DNA of 64,000 bases from the IMG/VR virus record IMGVR_UViG_3300044712_002668, positions 186,001 to 250,000 of that record. The stretch is one strand, 5' to 3'. The first letter of the stretch is position 1, and each line of letters begins with the position of its first letter. Position numbers and translations under genes: made by a program. Below are positions 16,775 through 25,977 of the stretch, piece after piece. The notes under the pieces were generated by a model that was not told the DNA's origin, did no database searches, and saw only the letters and a program-made list of their open reading frames with translations.

Positions 16775-18055
16775 CTATTCGTCATCCCAGATGCTATCCG
16801 TCTTGTCCTCTGCCATCGCCCCCATCGACTCCAATTTTACCTCTATCTCAAAAAATGTTGATAACCACTTCTTAAAACTAAGAAATGTTGATGTAACATT
16901 TTCTGTTTTATGTGGTCCTAGTAAAAATTCAGTTATTTCTGGTGTTCCAAAAACTTTCCATAATCCATTATCTGATAAAAATTTCTTTGGAACAACATAA
17001 TCTGAATATGTAAAATTACAAGATAATTTATCTATATGAGTAAACCCTAAAGAAAAATCAGGATCTATTTTACTATTATCTTTAATTATGTTAGAAGCTC
17101 TAAGGGCGTAAAACATAAGCTGTAGATCAAAGTAACCAGTTCTAAGTTTACCCTGCCAAGTACCAGTTACATTATGATCGTCAGAATAAATATGATCTAG
17201 TTTATCTGACTCTGTAGGAAAAGGCCCAGGTCCATGTCTTGTGGGATAAACCCTCAACAAGCCTAATTTCTTAATAGGATCATCATAGTTAGCTTCTTCT
17301 AACAAGGAATAAACGTTATTGAATGTGGTATCAGTCCAAGTATTATATGGAGTGAAACCTACATTCTCATCAAGAAGAACTCCTTGAGCACCTTCAAATA
17401 GAATATTTTCTTGCTGATGTTCAAATACATGTCTTAGATATGCCGAATCAGTTATGTGTAATCCTGACTCAATAAACTGCTGACATCTTTCAATAAAATA
17501 ATCTATCTCTTCTTCAGTACAGCAAATGTCAAAATTGTTTTTTACAATTTCATTTTGAATTCTTACTTTATTGAGTAGAATATTTTTAGTTTGTAAATCT
17601 TTTACTCTTAAAGAGAGATCTGGATAATCTATATTATACTTTACAGTTTCACCGATACCCATACCACAAGAACCATGGCGTTGATTACCACGATCTTGTT
17701 CTCTTTTTTTATTCAGTAGAATATGTACTGGAGTTGTTACTAAAGCTTCCCTATCTACAGATAAACGAAATAGAGGATTGTAAGGTAGGTCTGTTGCTTC
17801 ATTGAGAAGCGCCCCAGGATTTACAATCATATATTTTGACAAGTGTGTAAATACACTAGGCAAAAATGAACCAGCACCAAATTGTGCAAAGGTATGGTGT
17901 TGATCTTTAGTAACTACATTATGAGCGGCTTGTGCGCCGCCATTATATCTTATAACATGTTTTATGTCATATTTTCTGCACAAATAATCTGTAACAGAGC
18001 CTTTGCCCTCATCACCGAAACCAAGCCCGGCAACAGCAATTACTTTTCTGTTCAT
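16775..18055 (-). CDS. purA: adenylosuccinate synthetase
   Basis: GLGFGDEGKG P-loop, RYNGGAQAAH, EGAQG, TRHGPGPFP. Confidence 0.9.
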   Translation of the reverse strand: MNRKVIAVAGLGFGDEGKGSVTDYLCRKYDIKHVIRYNGGAQAAHNVVTKDQHHTFAQFGAGSFLPSVFTHLSKYMIVNPGALLNEATDLPYNPLFRLSVDREALVTTPVHILLNKKREQDRGNQRHGSCGMGIGETVKYNIDYPDLSLRVKDLQTKNILLNKVRIQNEIVKNNFDICCTEEEIDYFIERCQQFIESGLHITDSAYLRHVFEHQQENILFEGAQGVLLDENVGFTPYNTWTDTTFNNVYSLLEEANYDDPIKKLGLLRVYPTRHGPGPFPTESDKLDHIYSDDHNVTGTWQGKLRTGYFDLQLMFYALRASNIIKDNSKIDPDFSLGFTHIDKLSCNFTYSDYVVPKKFLSDNGLWKVFGTPEITEFLLGPHKTENVTSTFLSFKKWLSTFFEIEVKLESMGAMAEDKTDSIWDDE

Positions 18056-18058
18056 TAG

Positions 18059-18130
18059 AGACTCAGGTAGGGATTGAACCTACGACCAGCGACTTAACAG
18101 GCCACCGCTCTACCACTGAGCTACTGAGTC
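18059..18130 (-). tRNA. tRNA-Asn(GTT)
   Basis: GACTCAG/CTGAGTC, GTGGC-CTGTTAA-GTCGC. Confidence 0.9.
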
Positions 18131-18136
18131 AATGAG

Positions 18137-18206
18137 TCGGCTTGTCAGGATTTCCACCTGAATCGCCCTGTACAATCAGGGGCTTTGAGAATTAAGCTAC
18201 AAGCCG
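18137..18206 (-). pseudogene. tRNA-Pro-like gene with aberrant 6-nt anticodon loop
   Basis: CGGCTTG/CAAGCCG-A73 (Pro identity); anticodon arm CCCTG-ATTGTA-CAGGG. Confidence 0.6.
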
Positions 18207-18237
18207 TTTTTATTCAGGTGTTACTAAAGATACCTTT

Positions 18238-19179
18238 TCATGTACCAGTAGAAACACCAGAAGCTTTTGATTTGGCCAGAGCATCAAGAGCGCCAGTTAC
18301 AACACTAATGGCATCCTTTGATACACCGGACTCTTCCAAATCTTTTGCCATATCTCCAGCAGTTCCCTCAATCAAAGCGATTGATAAACCAATGGATTCG
18401 CAAACAAGACTTGGATCTTGTAGCATGATAACGTTCTCACCACCAAGAAGATCTACCCATGTCTTTTTTAGAACAGGATCTGAGTAGTGGCTTGTACCAG
18501 AAGGGATGACAAAGAAGATGTGATACTTCTTTTGAGCCTCAGCAATGACATCCTTGATTGGCAAATCTTGCGGAACATCATCACCAAATAGACGGGCAAT
18601 CTCTGCTTTTGTACATTTCGGATATGGCTTTTCATCGCCAATCAAAAACAGATAACCTTTTTTATTTCGCTTTTCAAGGCAATCAATGGAAGTGTGATGA
18701 GCCATGAAGTAAATGGCGTTTTGATAGCTCTCTTCATACGAGCCACCTCCACCACCTTCAAGCCACATATTTGTAAGATCATTATCCATCTCAATTCCAG
18801 ATTCAAACTGTCCAATCTGGATTGACCCATGATCTGAATAATAATCCCCTACAGCACCAAATAGTACCTGAGGATCTTTAATGTATCCTCTTTGTAAAAG
18901 AAGTTCCATAAGCTTGGGAAGCTTCTTTTGCATTTGATGAGGAACCCTATGCATGGATCCTGTTACATCAAAAATTACAGCAATTGCGGTAGATTCAGGA
19001 TGAGCTTCAGAATCACGGCTTTCGCGATTCTTTCCAAATGGATTCAAAGACTCATGTACTTTGGCTGCTGTTTGACCGGATCTGATTTTATCAGAATATT
19101 CAAACGCATCCACACCACGGCGAGAACGGTCTGCTGTTCTACTGACGTAGTGATCATCACTCCAACTGGAACTTCCCAT
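18238..19179 (-). CDS. von Willebrand factor A domain protein
   Basis: MIDAS-like FDVTGSM; GGGGSYEESY; LFLIGDE. Confidence 0.85.
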   Translation of the reverse strand: MGSSSWSDDHYVSRTADRSRRGVDAFEYSDKIRSGQTAAKVHESLNPFGKNRESRDSEAHPESTAIAVIFDVTGSMHRVPHQMQKKLPKLMELLLQRGYIKDPQVLFGAVGDYYSDHGSIQIGQFESGIEMDNDLTNMWLEGGGGGSYEESYQNAIYFMAHHTSIDCLEKRNKKGYLFLIGDEKPYPKCTKAEIARLFGDDVPQDLPIKDVIAEAQKKYHIFFVIPSGTSHYSDPVLKKTWVDLLGGENVIMLQDPSLVCESIGLSIALIEGTAGDMAKDLEESGVSKDAISVVTGALDALAKSKASGVSTGT

Positions 19180-19196
19180 TGTATCAGCCTTCTTTC

Positions 19197-19643
19197 TTAT
19201 GTAACTTTGAAATTAGATTTTTCTCTACCCATTTCAAAGAATCTTGGAACCATATACCAATCATTAGGATCAAACCCGGCTTTATCATCAATCAAGATTG
19301 AGAAGTACGGTTTTAGATCAAAACAACCAGTTTTTGTGTTTTGAATGGGTGTTTTGTTTACTGCTTTAAACTCAACACCAAGTTCCTTTAGCTTATCAAG
19401 ATATTTTGAATAATCTTGTTCATAACAAGATGTCCAAAGAACCAGATAAACCTCAGGCAGTTTTGACAGCTTTTTCAATGCATCTATAGCATGGGGAAAA
19501 AACTTTACTACATCACTTGTGTAGTTTGAATCTGCTATCGTATCATGAACATCTACTAAAACATAAATAGTGTTCCATTCTCTTTGGACCGCTGTTTTAT
19601 ATGCTTTGGTAATGGATTGTAGTAGACTCATTTTACTTGGCAC
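19197..19643 (-). CDS. HAD-like phosphatase
   Basis: VDVHDTI, LWTS, and KPYFSILIDDKAGF; true start is probably the internal MSLLQ. Confidence 0.65.
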   Translation of the reverse strand: MPSKMSLLQSITKAYKTAVQREWNTIYVLVDVHDTIADSNYTSDVVKFFPHAIDALKKLSKLPEVYLVLWTSCYEQDYSKYLDKLKELGVEFKAVNKTPIQNTKTGCFDLKPYFSILIDDKAGFDPNDWYMVPRFFEMGREKSNFKVT

Positions 19644-19713
19644 CCCCGGTAGGATTCGAACCTACGATGGGAAGATTAGAAATCTTCTGCCTTATCCACT
19701 AGGCAACGGAGGC
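19638..19713 (-). tRNA. tRNA-Arg(TCT)
   Basis: GAAGA-TTTCTAA-TCTTC, encoded CCA. Confidence 0.9.
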
Positions 19714-20046
19714 GTAATGTCTCAGTCTGTGACAGTTAGAGCATAAAAGCACACATTTGTCAAGCTCTTCCTTAATCTGTTTCGCAGATTTTAATCTTAA
19801 TTTAGTCCATTCAACATCTTTATCAGTTAGATGATGAAAATCATATACAGAATAGTGATATTCATTATTACAATCAAAACATTTTCCACCCATCATTTGT
19901 ATAGCTTGTATTTTTCTATTAATCCACCTTTGTATACAATACTTGTTAAAACAATCTTTGCATTTAGATGCTGGTACACCAGGTTTTCTTTCGTAAAAAT
20001 CGGATATTTTTTTGTCAGTTTTACATGTAGGACATTTCTTGATCAT
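19699..20046 (-). CDS. HNH homing endonuclease
   Basis: CPTC/CKDC, CFDC...YDFHH...CVLLCSNCHRLRH; last five codons lie inside tRNA-Arg(TCT). Confidence 0.85.
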   Translation of the reverse strand: MIKKCPTCKTDKKISDFYERKPGVPASKCKDCFNKYCIQRWINRKIQAIQMMGGKCFDCNNEYHYSVYDFHHLTDKDVEWTKLRLKSAKQIKEELDKCVLLCSNCHRLRHYASVA

Positions 20047-20067
20047 ATCCTATTGCAAGGATATGCA

Positions 20068-20104
20068 TAGAAAGATAATTTCTATCCGGCTGAGCTATGG
20101 AGGC
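20068..20104 (-). pseudogene. 5' half remnant of tRNA-Arg(TCT)
   Basis: GCCTCCA-TA-GCTC-AGCCGGATA-GAAA-TTATC-TT-TCT-A, ending just after the anticodon. Confidence 0.7.
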
Positions 20105-20110
20105 ATAGTT

Positions 20111-20500
20111 TTAAATTATCAGACTACCTTTGGGTTCTTTTGGCATTTCTTTTTCTACAGAAAGACCAGAACGTTCGGCACGATTTTTAAGCATGATGTC
20201 ATGAAATTCTGCAAGCATGCGTTCATAACGCATCCCCTTATCATTCATGTCTTTAAAATACCTTATATTATCAATGACAGCAAAAATAGTTACGGGACCA
20301 TCTTCGGCATCCACAGGGACAATATGAGTTTTATAACTCAACCCCAGTCCATTCGGAGTTGGAATCATAATCATATCAGAACGGATTTCAAAACAATTTT
20401 CAAGTTTTACCGGGTTGGTAATTGGTAGCGAAATATTAAGATCCTCACCGATCTCACAAATCAATTTACGACAACCAGAACATACAATTGCTTTTTCCAT
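20111..20500 (-). CDS. hypothetical protein
   Basis: 129-aa ORF with CSGC. Confidence 0.55.
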   Translation of the reverse strand: MEKAIVCSGCRKLICEIGEDLNISLPITNPVKLENCFEIRSDMIMIPTPNGLGLSYKTHIVPVDAEDGPVTIFAVIDNIRYFKDMNDKGMRYERMLAEFHDIMLKNRAERSGLSVEKEMPKEPKGSLII

Positions 20501-20502
20501 TA

Positions 20503-21321
20503 TTATTCCTTGAATTCTTTTGGCAAGATATCTACAAAACGTTTTAGATCAAAGTTCTTTGGATCTGAAACCTGACCATCACCTATTTCAATGATACGGA
20601 ATTTTCCGTCAGTTCTTCTCGCTATATCAACAGAGAAAAAACCGTTTGCAAAACCAATTTTATGTACACATTCTGTAAGTATCTCTGGTATGGTATACGG
20701 ATTTGTAGCATGTTTGGGAGAGAATTTCTCCGTATTTGAATATGCTATACCTTTTACTACAAAGAATCTTTGTTCAGAGTTTGTAAGATAATCTTCACCA
20801 TGTCTTACACATACCCCACCCTCAATGCATCCTCGATATTTTTTGATTGCTAAAACAACTTCTTGAATATCATCTTTGGATTTTACCAAAGAACCCGGTG
20901 ACATTGAGTTGGATTTTACAAAATCTTTTATAAAGTAACTAGGCCACTTTAAATTGGCCAAAGCTTCTTTGAAGTTTGCGTTTTCATCTAGTATGATGGT
21001 TTCAGCAGTAAGATGTGCAATCTTCGGATACCAGAATGGTAGGTGATGACAGAATCTATATGACTCTGTAGTAGTAAAAAGCTTGGCTCCGTATTTCTTT
21101 ATTTCATATTCAAGAATTTGATACTCATCGATATTGAGCATCCAGCCACGATATAGCACAGTATCGCCAGCTTTGATCGCTGGCTTGATAGAGATCTGTT
21201 GTCCGATAGTTATAACAGAGGCTTCGTAGCCGTTAGACTGTATAGTATCGAACTCTTCTCGCCAAACACAATCTGGCAAAAAGTCTTTTACTGGATCTGC
21301 TGGATAGAGTATTCGTAACAT
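20503..21321 (-). CDS. ATP-grasp domain protein (R2K-like)
   Basis: FIKDFVKS, EQRFFVV, FFSVDIA, IIEIGDGQVSD. Confidence 0.8.
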   Translation of the reverse strand: MLRILYPADPVKDFLPDCVWREEFDTIQSNGYEASVITIGQQISIKPAIKAGDTVLYRGWMLNIDEYQILEYEIKKYGAKLFTTTESYRFCHHLPFWYPKIAHLTAETIILDENANFKEALANLKWPSYFIKDFVKSNSMSPGSLVKSKDDIQEVVLAIKKYRGCIEGGVCVRHGEDYLTNSEQRFFVVKGIAYSNTEKFSPKHATNPYTIPEILTECVHKIGFANGFFSVDIARRTDGKFRIIEIGDGQVSDPKNFDLKRFVDILPKEFKE

Positions 21322-21328
21322 AAATCAG

Positions 21329-21415
21329 CGGAGAATGAGGGAGTCGAACCCCCGGTAGAGTTTCCCCTACGTCGGTTTTCAAAACCGATGCCATAAACCA
21401 CTCGGCCAATTCTCC
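21329..21415 (-). tRNA. tRNA-Ser(TGA)
   Basis: TCGGT-TTTGAAA-ACCGA, long variable arm, G73. Confidence 0.92.
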
Positions 21416-21428
21416 ATATACAATATAG

Positions 21429-21502
21429 TGGGCTCACTCGGGTTCGAACCGAGAACATCCCGGTTATGAGCCGGGGGCTCTGACCGATTGAGCTATGAGC
21501 CC
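21429..21502 (-). tRNA. tRNA-Ile2/Met(CAT)
   Basis: GGGCTCA/TGAGCCC, CCCGG-CTCATAA-CCGGG; body looks Ile2-like. Confidence 0.85.
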
Positions 21503-21512
21503 AGATGCAGTC

Positions 21513-22535
21513 CTATAGACCAACTCGCGCCCCCAGGTATAGACCGAAGTTGCCACCTGTGTCAACCGAAACTGCTGGGCCAAGGTGTAAATTGCGCATA
21601 CCGGGTAGGTGATGACCTACATTGTAGTTTACTGGAGCAAACACAAAACCAACAGTCTGTCTCTGGGTAGCGTATCCTACTCCGACATCCAGAAAAGTCC
21701 AGTCAGGATCGGTCTTGGTTTTTCCGTAAGATAAAAAAGAAACCATAATTCCTGGAAGTACTTCTCCCTTAATATCTTTTCCAGATGTTGTTATTCCTGA
21801 ATCTACGCTCAAGTAGATACGTGGATCTAGTCTGAAACTAGATGATGGAACTTCTTGCTTTAGTGTAGATTTAATAGGAATTGTTTCAGTTTTACCATTA
21901 GCTGTAATTGAGAATTTAGAATAAGCATAATGTCTTCCTTCTTCATCTTGTCCAAGTACAGTAGTTACATCATATTTTCTTGGATAAATTTTTAATGACC
22001 AAGGATCTTTATCAGCCCCTGTGAACTTGACGGTTCCTAGTGGTATTTTTTGTTTATCAAAATTTTCGTCAAAATTCAAAATTAAAGTTCTGGTAAGATA
22101 ATTATATTTGTCAGGGTTTGGGCAGGTTACAGATGTTCCATCGGGACATTTTACTTTATCTGGAACAATAGGTTTTTCATTATTTGGGTTGAGAGCTTGA
22201 CTTCCAGAAGATGGAATGTGTTCTTGATCCTGTCCAATTGATTCGGCATCTATTGTCAAAAGATCATCTACACTTGCCCCCATCTTGGCAAGATCTTTTT
22301 TTATAGCATCTAGATTGACATCCCTCTCTTTTATCATTCTTTCTAGATCAGATTTGTTTACATAGGAGCCCTGGGCTCGCATCAGGTTGTTACCAAGGTT
22401 TTTGGCTTCAACTACTGATGTTTCTATTGTTTTTAATTTCTGTATTGTATCATATTGAATTTTTATTATAAAAGCTAATATTGATAATATTAAAGCTATA
22501 ATTGCGCCGATAATAGTTTTGGTTTTCCAGTCCAT
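21513..22535 (-). CDS. membrane-anchored hypothetical protein with beta-strand-rich C-terminus
   Basis: N-terminal TM segment (IIGAIIALILSILAFII), coiled coil, amphipathic beta strands at the end. Confidence 0.6.
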   Translation of the reverse strand: MDWKTKTIIGAIIALILSILAFIIKIQYDTIQKLKTIETSVVEAKNLGNNLMRAQGSYVNKSDLERMIKERDVNLDAIKKDLAKMGASVDDLLTIDAESIGQDQEHIPSSGSQALNPNNEKPIVPDKVKCPDGTSVTCPNPDKYNYLTRTLILNFDENFDKQKIPLGTVKFTGADKDPWSLKIYPRKYDVTTVLGQDEEGRHYAYSKFSITANGKTETIPIKSTLKQEVPSSSFRLDPRIYLSVDSGITTSGKDIKGEVLPGIMVSFLSYGKTKTDPDWTFLDVGVGYATQRQTVGFVFAPVNYNVGHHLPGMRNLHLGPAVSVDTGGNFGLYLGARVGL

Positions 22536-22583
22536 AGCCTGTTATATATCTATCAATTTGAACGAATTTATATAAGGTGAATT

Positions 22584-22967
22584 ATGTCTAGATCAATGAA
22601 ATCAGTTTTTGCAGGAGCCCCACAACCACCAGCAAACCAACAAGCAGCAGTACGTCAACCAGTACAACCCCCTGCTGTAACGCCTCCAGTACAGCCTCCA
22701 GCTCCAACACCACCAGCACAGCCACAACCACCAGTTCCTCCTGCACCACCACCAGCACAGCCACAGGATGCAGAAAAGGCAAATATTATAATCTCTGATG
22801 TTAAAAACTTAACCGTTCAAAATCCATCTAAAGGGGTTGTGTTTCCACAGAATCCAAAAGCCAAGCCTGGACAAAAACCAGCCACACCACCGGTAACAGT
22901 ACTACCTGATTCGGTGCCACAAAAAGCAGCCTCTCTAGAAGATATACTCAAAGCTTTAAGGAAATAA
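22584..22967 (+). CDS. Pro/Gln-rich hypothetical protein
   Basis: low-complexity PPAP/QP repeats, AAGG RBS. Confidence 0.6.
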   Translation: MSRSMKSVFAGAPQPPANQQAAVRQPVQPPAVTPPVQPPAPTPPAQPQPPVPPAPPPAQPQDAEKANIIISDVKNLTVQNPSKGVVFPQNPKAKPGQKPATPPVTVLPDSVPQKAASLEDILKALRK

Positions 22968-23944
22968 TGGTATTAGATAATTTTCCACCTGACAATTGTG
23001 CAGAACGTGAGCAGATGATTCTTGATTCCGTTATAAACGGAACAGCTACTTTCGGCTTCACTACAATTACCTCTGAATATAATGGGCACCAAGCTACGTT
23101 TTATGTTTTTGAAGATGCTTTGAAACTTGAAGGAGTAAGACTTAATGTAAGTGCTAGAAATATGCAAAAAATAGCTGACTTGCTATATTGTATATTACCA
23201 ACCCCAAGATTATATGATTTGATGTGGTATCAATGTCCAGCAAAAATTGAACCACAACCTAGATCAATTACATCTTCAACAGCCGCTATGATTGATTATA
23301 GTAAAGTGGTTGATGCAGAGTTAGCAAAAGCCAACTGCCCGGATGGTGTTGTTAAATCTACCATAGGAAAAATCTGGGTTGTTGATAATTCAATGCAAGG
23401 CTCACAGATGGCTTGCAACTATGGATGGCATTTTATAAAAGGTAATAATTATAAAGGTATATCTGGAGATGTAAATCAAAGCTTTTTAAAAAATCCATCT
23501 ACTGGTCAATATTATTATATGATACAAAGCACCGGACATGCCCACGATGCTAGCCATATTGATTATAGCCAAATATGCATTTTGGTATCAAGACATTGTG
23601 TTGTGGATGGTAAGGATATGGATATCCTTGATGTGTTGACGGATTCTTTATTATCACCCCTTGCTAATAACGGCGGTATATTAAAGGTGTTGAGACAGCC
23701 TGGAATAGAGGAATTACAACCACTACCCACAGCCCCTTATCTTCCAAAACCACCACAAACATTTCCAGAAACTGAGAGTCCTACATTACCATCAGAACAA
23801 ACTCCAGTAGAAATTCCAATTGAAGTTGGAACACCTGAGAATGGGACGGAGGTTATTGCTAAGCAACCTGTTGTTGCCTCTTTAGGCTTTGTGGCTATAA
23901 TAATATCAATTATAAAATTTATATTATCATTCTTCAGAAAGTGA
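22967..23944 (+). CDS. hypothetical protein with C-terminal TM anchor
   Basis: 325 aa; NYGWH and HDASHIDYSQ motifs, Pro-rich linker, hydrophobic tail. Confidence 0.6.
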   Translation: MVLDNFPPDNCAEREQMILDSVINGTATFGFTTITSEYNGHQATFYVFEDALKLEGVRLNVSARNMQKIADLLYCILPTPRLYDLMWYQCPAKIEPQPRSITSSTAAMIDYSKVVDAELAKANCPDGVVKSTIGKIWVVDNSMQGSQMACNYGWHFIKGNNYKGISGDVNQSFLKNPSTGQYYYMIQSTGHAHDASHIDYSQICILVSRHCVVDGKDMDILDVLTDSLLSPLANNGGILKVLRQPGIEELQPLPTAPYLPKPPQTFPETESPTLPSEQTPVEIPIEVGTPENGTEVIAKQPVVASLGFVAIIISIIKFILSFFRK

Positions 23945-24799
23945 AACATTCTCATGCCATAGTCTGTAAATTTCATTATCAATTTCTTCCATATCCAGGT
24001 TTGGCATCTCAGCATTTCCGGTTTGTATAGCTTGTCCAGATTCATTCAAGAATGGATAGGTTGCCAAGAAATAATCAATTACTCTTTGATCTGTGGTTAC
24101 AGGAAGGGCGGAAGTTGATTTTATAAACACAGCTTGTGGTTCATTATTACCAGCGGCAATTGTTTTGATATGATTTTCTAAACCTTTGGCATGGTTTGTA
24201 ATTCTTATTTTGAAGTTATCTCCAAAGCCACCATAGTATCCAGTAAAGTACATAGCTCTTGAAAAAGCAAAGATATCACCTTGTTCTGCGGCTTGCATAC
24301 ATAGTTCAGCACGTCCGGGGCCTGGAATTCCTGGCTTATTCCAATCAGGAAGCTGGCGTTCTTTAGTCAAGAACCTTTGTTGTGGGTTTTGTTTGAAACA
24401 GATTCTTATTACATCTGCTGCTCCATCAACATCATTGGAGTATACTTTAAATTTGGTAACGTATGTTTGTGTTTTGACGTTACCTGTACCTGGCAATGAA
24501 TCTTGATTTTTGAATCCAGGTAAATGTTGTTTTGATGATGCTAATTGAACGGCACCCCAGTTATGAGCTGCATTACCTTCAGTAGATTTCCACCCTCTAC
24601 CATAGGAGCTTTCCAATCTGCACACAGCTTGTACTAGTTGCGCTTGTTGTACGGTTGGTTCGGTGCCAAAAACTTGCTTCCAAGCTTCGGTTATAATTTT
24701 TCTGGCCCATACTTCATTGGCACCTGATAATGCATTTTTTATAAAGCTGTAATAACTGGATGCATATTTTTCAATTCTAGCTACAGAACGCATATTCAT
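23927..24799 (-). CDS. lysozyme-fold glucosaminidase (GH73-like)
   Basis: LESSYG, HNWGAVQ, FKVYSNDVDGAAD, GYY; start moved to MNMRS because the longer ORF overlaps tRNA-Val. Confidence 0.55.
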   Translation of the reverse strand: MNMRSVARIEKYASSYYSFIKNALSGANEVWARKIITEAWKQVFGTEPTVQQAQLVQAVCRLESSYGRGWKSTEGNAAHNWGAVQLASSKQHLPGFKNQDSLPGTGNVKTQTYVTKFKVYSNDVDGAADVIRICFKQNPQQRFLTKERQLPDWNKPGIPGPGRAELCMQAAEQGDIFAFSRAMYFTGYYGGFGDNFKIRITNHAKGLENHIKTIAAGNNEPQAVFIKSTSALPVTTDQRVIDYFLATYPFLNESGQAIQTGNAEMPNLDMEEIDNEIYRLWHENVSLSEE

Positions 24800-24820
24800 A
24801 TGAGTATATATGCAGTTAAG

Positions 24821-24892
24821 TCTCCCCTGAAGGATTCGAACCTTCGGATTTCCGCAAGTCAAACGGACGATATACCACTTATCTAAGAGGAG
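24821..24892 (-). tRNA. tRNA-Val(GAC)
   Basis: TCCGT-TTGACTT-GCGGA, T arm GAAGG-TTCGAAT-CCTTC. Confidence 0.8.
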
Positions 24893-24921
24893 ATATAGGA
24901 ATAAATAGTTATAGTATTAGT

Positions 24922-25314
24922 TTGGAGAAAAGTATGAGTAATCTTAAAAAAATAGCAATGTTGGCCGCCAGAAAAGCTGCAGTAGAAACATATAAATCTA
25001 TTATGAAAATGGCCGATCAACCATGGGAAGCTCCAATCTTAAAAGATGATCTGGGTAAAGAGATGGGTATTGATGATGCTGCTGTTTGTAAATTTTTGAC
25101 TGATAATGGGGCTCCAAATGTTGCTGAAACATACAGGGGTGCAAATATAAATCTACAAACTAACGAACCTGTACGTAAAGACGTTGCTACTTTGAGTGGT
25201 GAATGGGCCAATGTAAATAAAAAAGTAAAAATTGGAATCAAGACTCAAACAATTATAAGCAATAGTGTTTACAGACAAACAAAACCACCTGTAAGACTTG
25301 CTATTTATAGATAG
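24922..25314 (+). CDS. hypothetical protein sharing its N-terminus with 54538..54951
   Basis: NLKKIA..AA.KAA.ETY.SIMKMA. Confidence 0.65.
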   Translation: MEKSMSNLKKIAMLAARKAAVETYKSIMKMADQPWEAPILKDDLGKEMGIDDAAVCKFLTDNGAPNVAETYRGANINLQTNEPVRKDVATLSGEWANVNKKVKIGIKTQTIISNSVYRQTKPPVRLAIYR

Positions 25315-25315
25315 G

Positions 25316-25387
25316 GTGGCATACGGGTTACGCTCCCGTCAATGAGATGTTCACAGCATCCCGGCTTCGCTAGCTGCCTCATGCCAC
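25316..25387 (-). tRNA. tRNA-His(GTG)
   Basis: encoded G-1, GGATG-CTGTGAA-CATCT; T loop AGCGTAA. Confidence 0.85.
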
Positions 25388-25389
25388 AG

Positions 25390-25460
25390 TTCGGGTATCT
25401 GGACTCGAACCAGAATCAAGAGCTTCAGAGACTCTTATGTTGCCATTACATAATACCCGA
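25390..25460 (-). tRNA. tRNA-Gln(CTG)
   Basis: TCGGGTA/TACCCGA, AGAGT-CTCTGAA-GCTCT. Confidence 0.9.
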
Positions 25461-25471
25461 ATTTATTTTAA

Positions 25472-25765
25472 TTATCTATCTAAATCTTCTACTTCAATAC
25501 CTTTTTCTTTAAAAAAAGACATTATATCCATATCACACATAATCTCATCTCTATCAGCTAAAAAGCTGTAGACTTCATCATTCTCATACATACTCCAGTT
25601 GTGTACACTATAAGAATTTTGAGAATAGTTGTATCCACCATATTTATTACCAATTTCTTTGGTGAAGTTTTTTATAAAATTTATTTGATCTTGTGTGAGA
25701 TTGGTTTTCTGTATGATAAAGGAACAGCTTGAAGAATTTGAAACAAAACCAGTACGAACTTTCAT
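25472..25765 (-). CDS. phage protein of the MK.R.GFVSNSSS family
   Basis: N-terminus MKVRTGFVSNSSSCSFII; GGAG RBS. Confidence 0.7.
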   Translation of the reverse strand: MKVRTGFVSNSSSCSFIIQKTNLTQDQINFIKNFTKEIGNKYGGYNYSQNSYSVHNWSMYENDEVYSFLADRDEIMCDMDIMSFFKEKGIEVEDLDR

Positions 25766-25783
25766 AACTTATACTCCTGTGAA

Positions 25784-25860
25784 TGGTTGAGAAGGTGGGA
25801 CTCGAACCCACAAAAATAACAGCTTCAAAGACTGTTGCCTTGCCATTAGACTACTTCTCA
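25784..25860 (-). tRNA. tRNA-Gln(TTG)
   Basis: ACAGT-CTTTGAA-GCTGT, encoded CCA. Confidence 0.9.
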
Positions 25861-25861
25861 G

Positions 25862-25934
25862 TGACCCTAACCGGATTTGAACCGGTATGTTCTGGCTGAG
25901 AACCAAAAATCCTTAACCGTTAGATGATAGGGCC
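25862..25934 (-). tRNA. tRNA-Glu(CTC)
   Basis: GGCCCTA/TAGGGTC, TTTGG-TTCTCAG-CCAGA. Confidence 0.88.
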
Positions 25935-25977
25935 AAAATCGTGATGACAATTGCCAGCGCTGGTAAATATCATCACT

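Noticed and set aside
16775-18055. PurZ (2-aminoadenine DNA pathway)
   Set aside because: The P-loop keeps the PurA Asp (GDEGKG) instead of the PurZ Ser (GSTGKG), and no dATPase partner is seen.
20068-20104. Amber suppressor tRNA (CTA) or stop-codon recoding
   Set aside because: CTA appears only in one register of a truncated remnant that is better read as TCT. TAG and TGA both end well-formed genes, and long ORFs are intact in code 11.
24800-24862. N-terminal extension of the glucosaminidase-like ORF to 24862
   Set aside because: It runs through tRNA-Val(GAC); the ATG at 24799 is more plausible.
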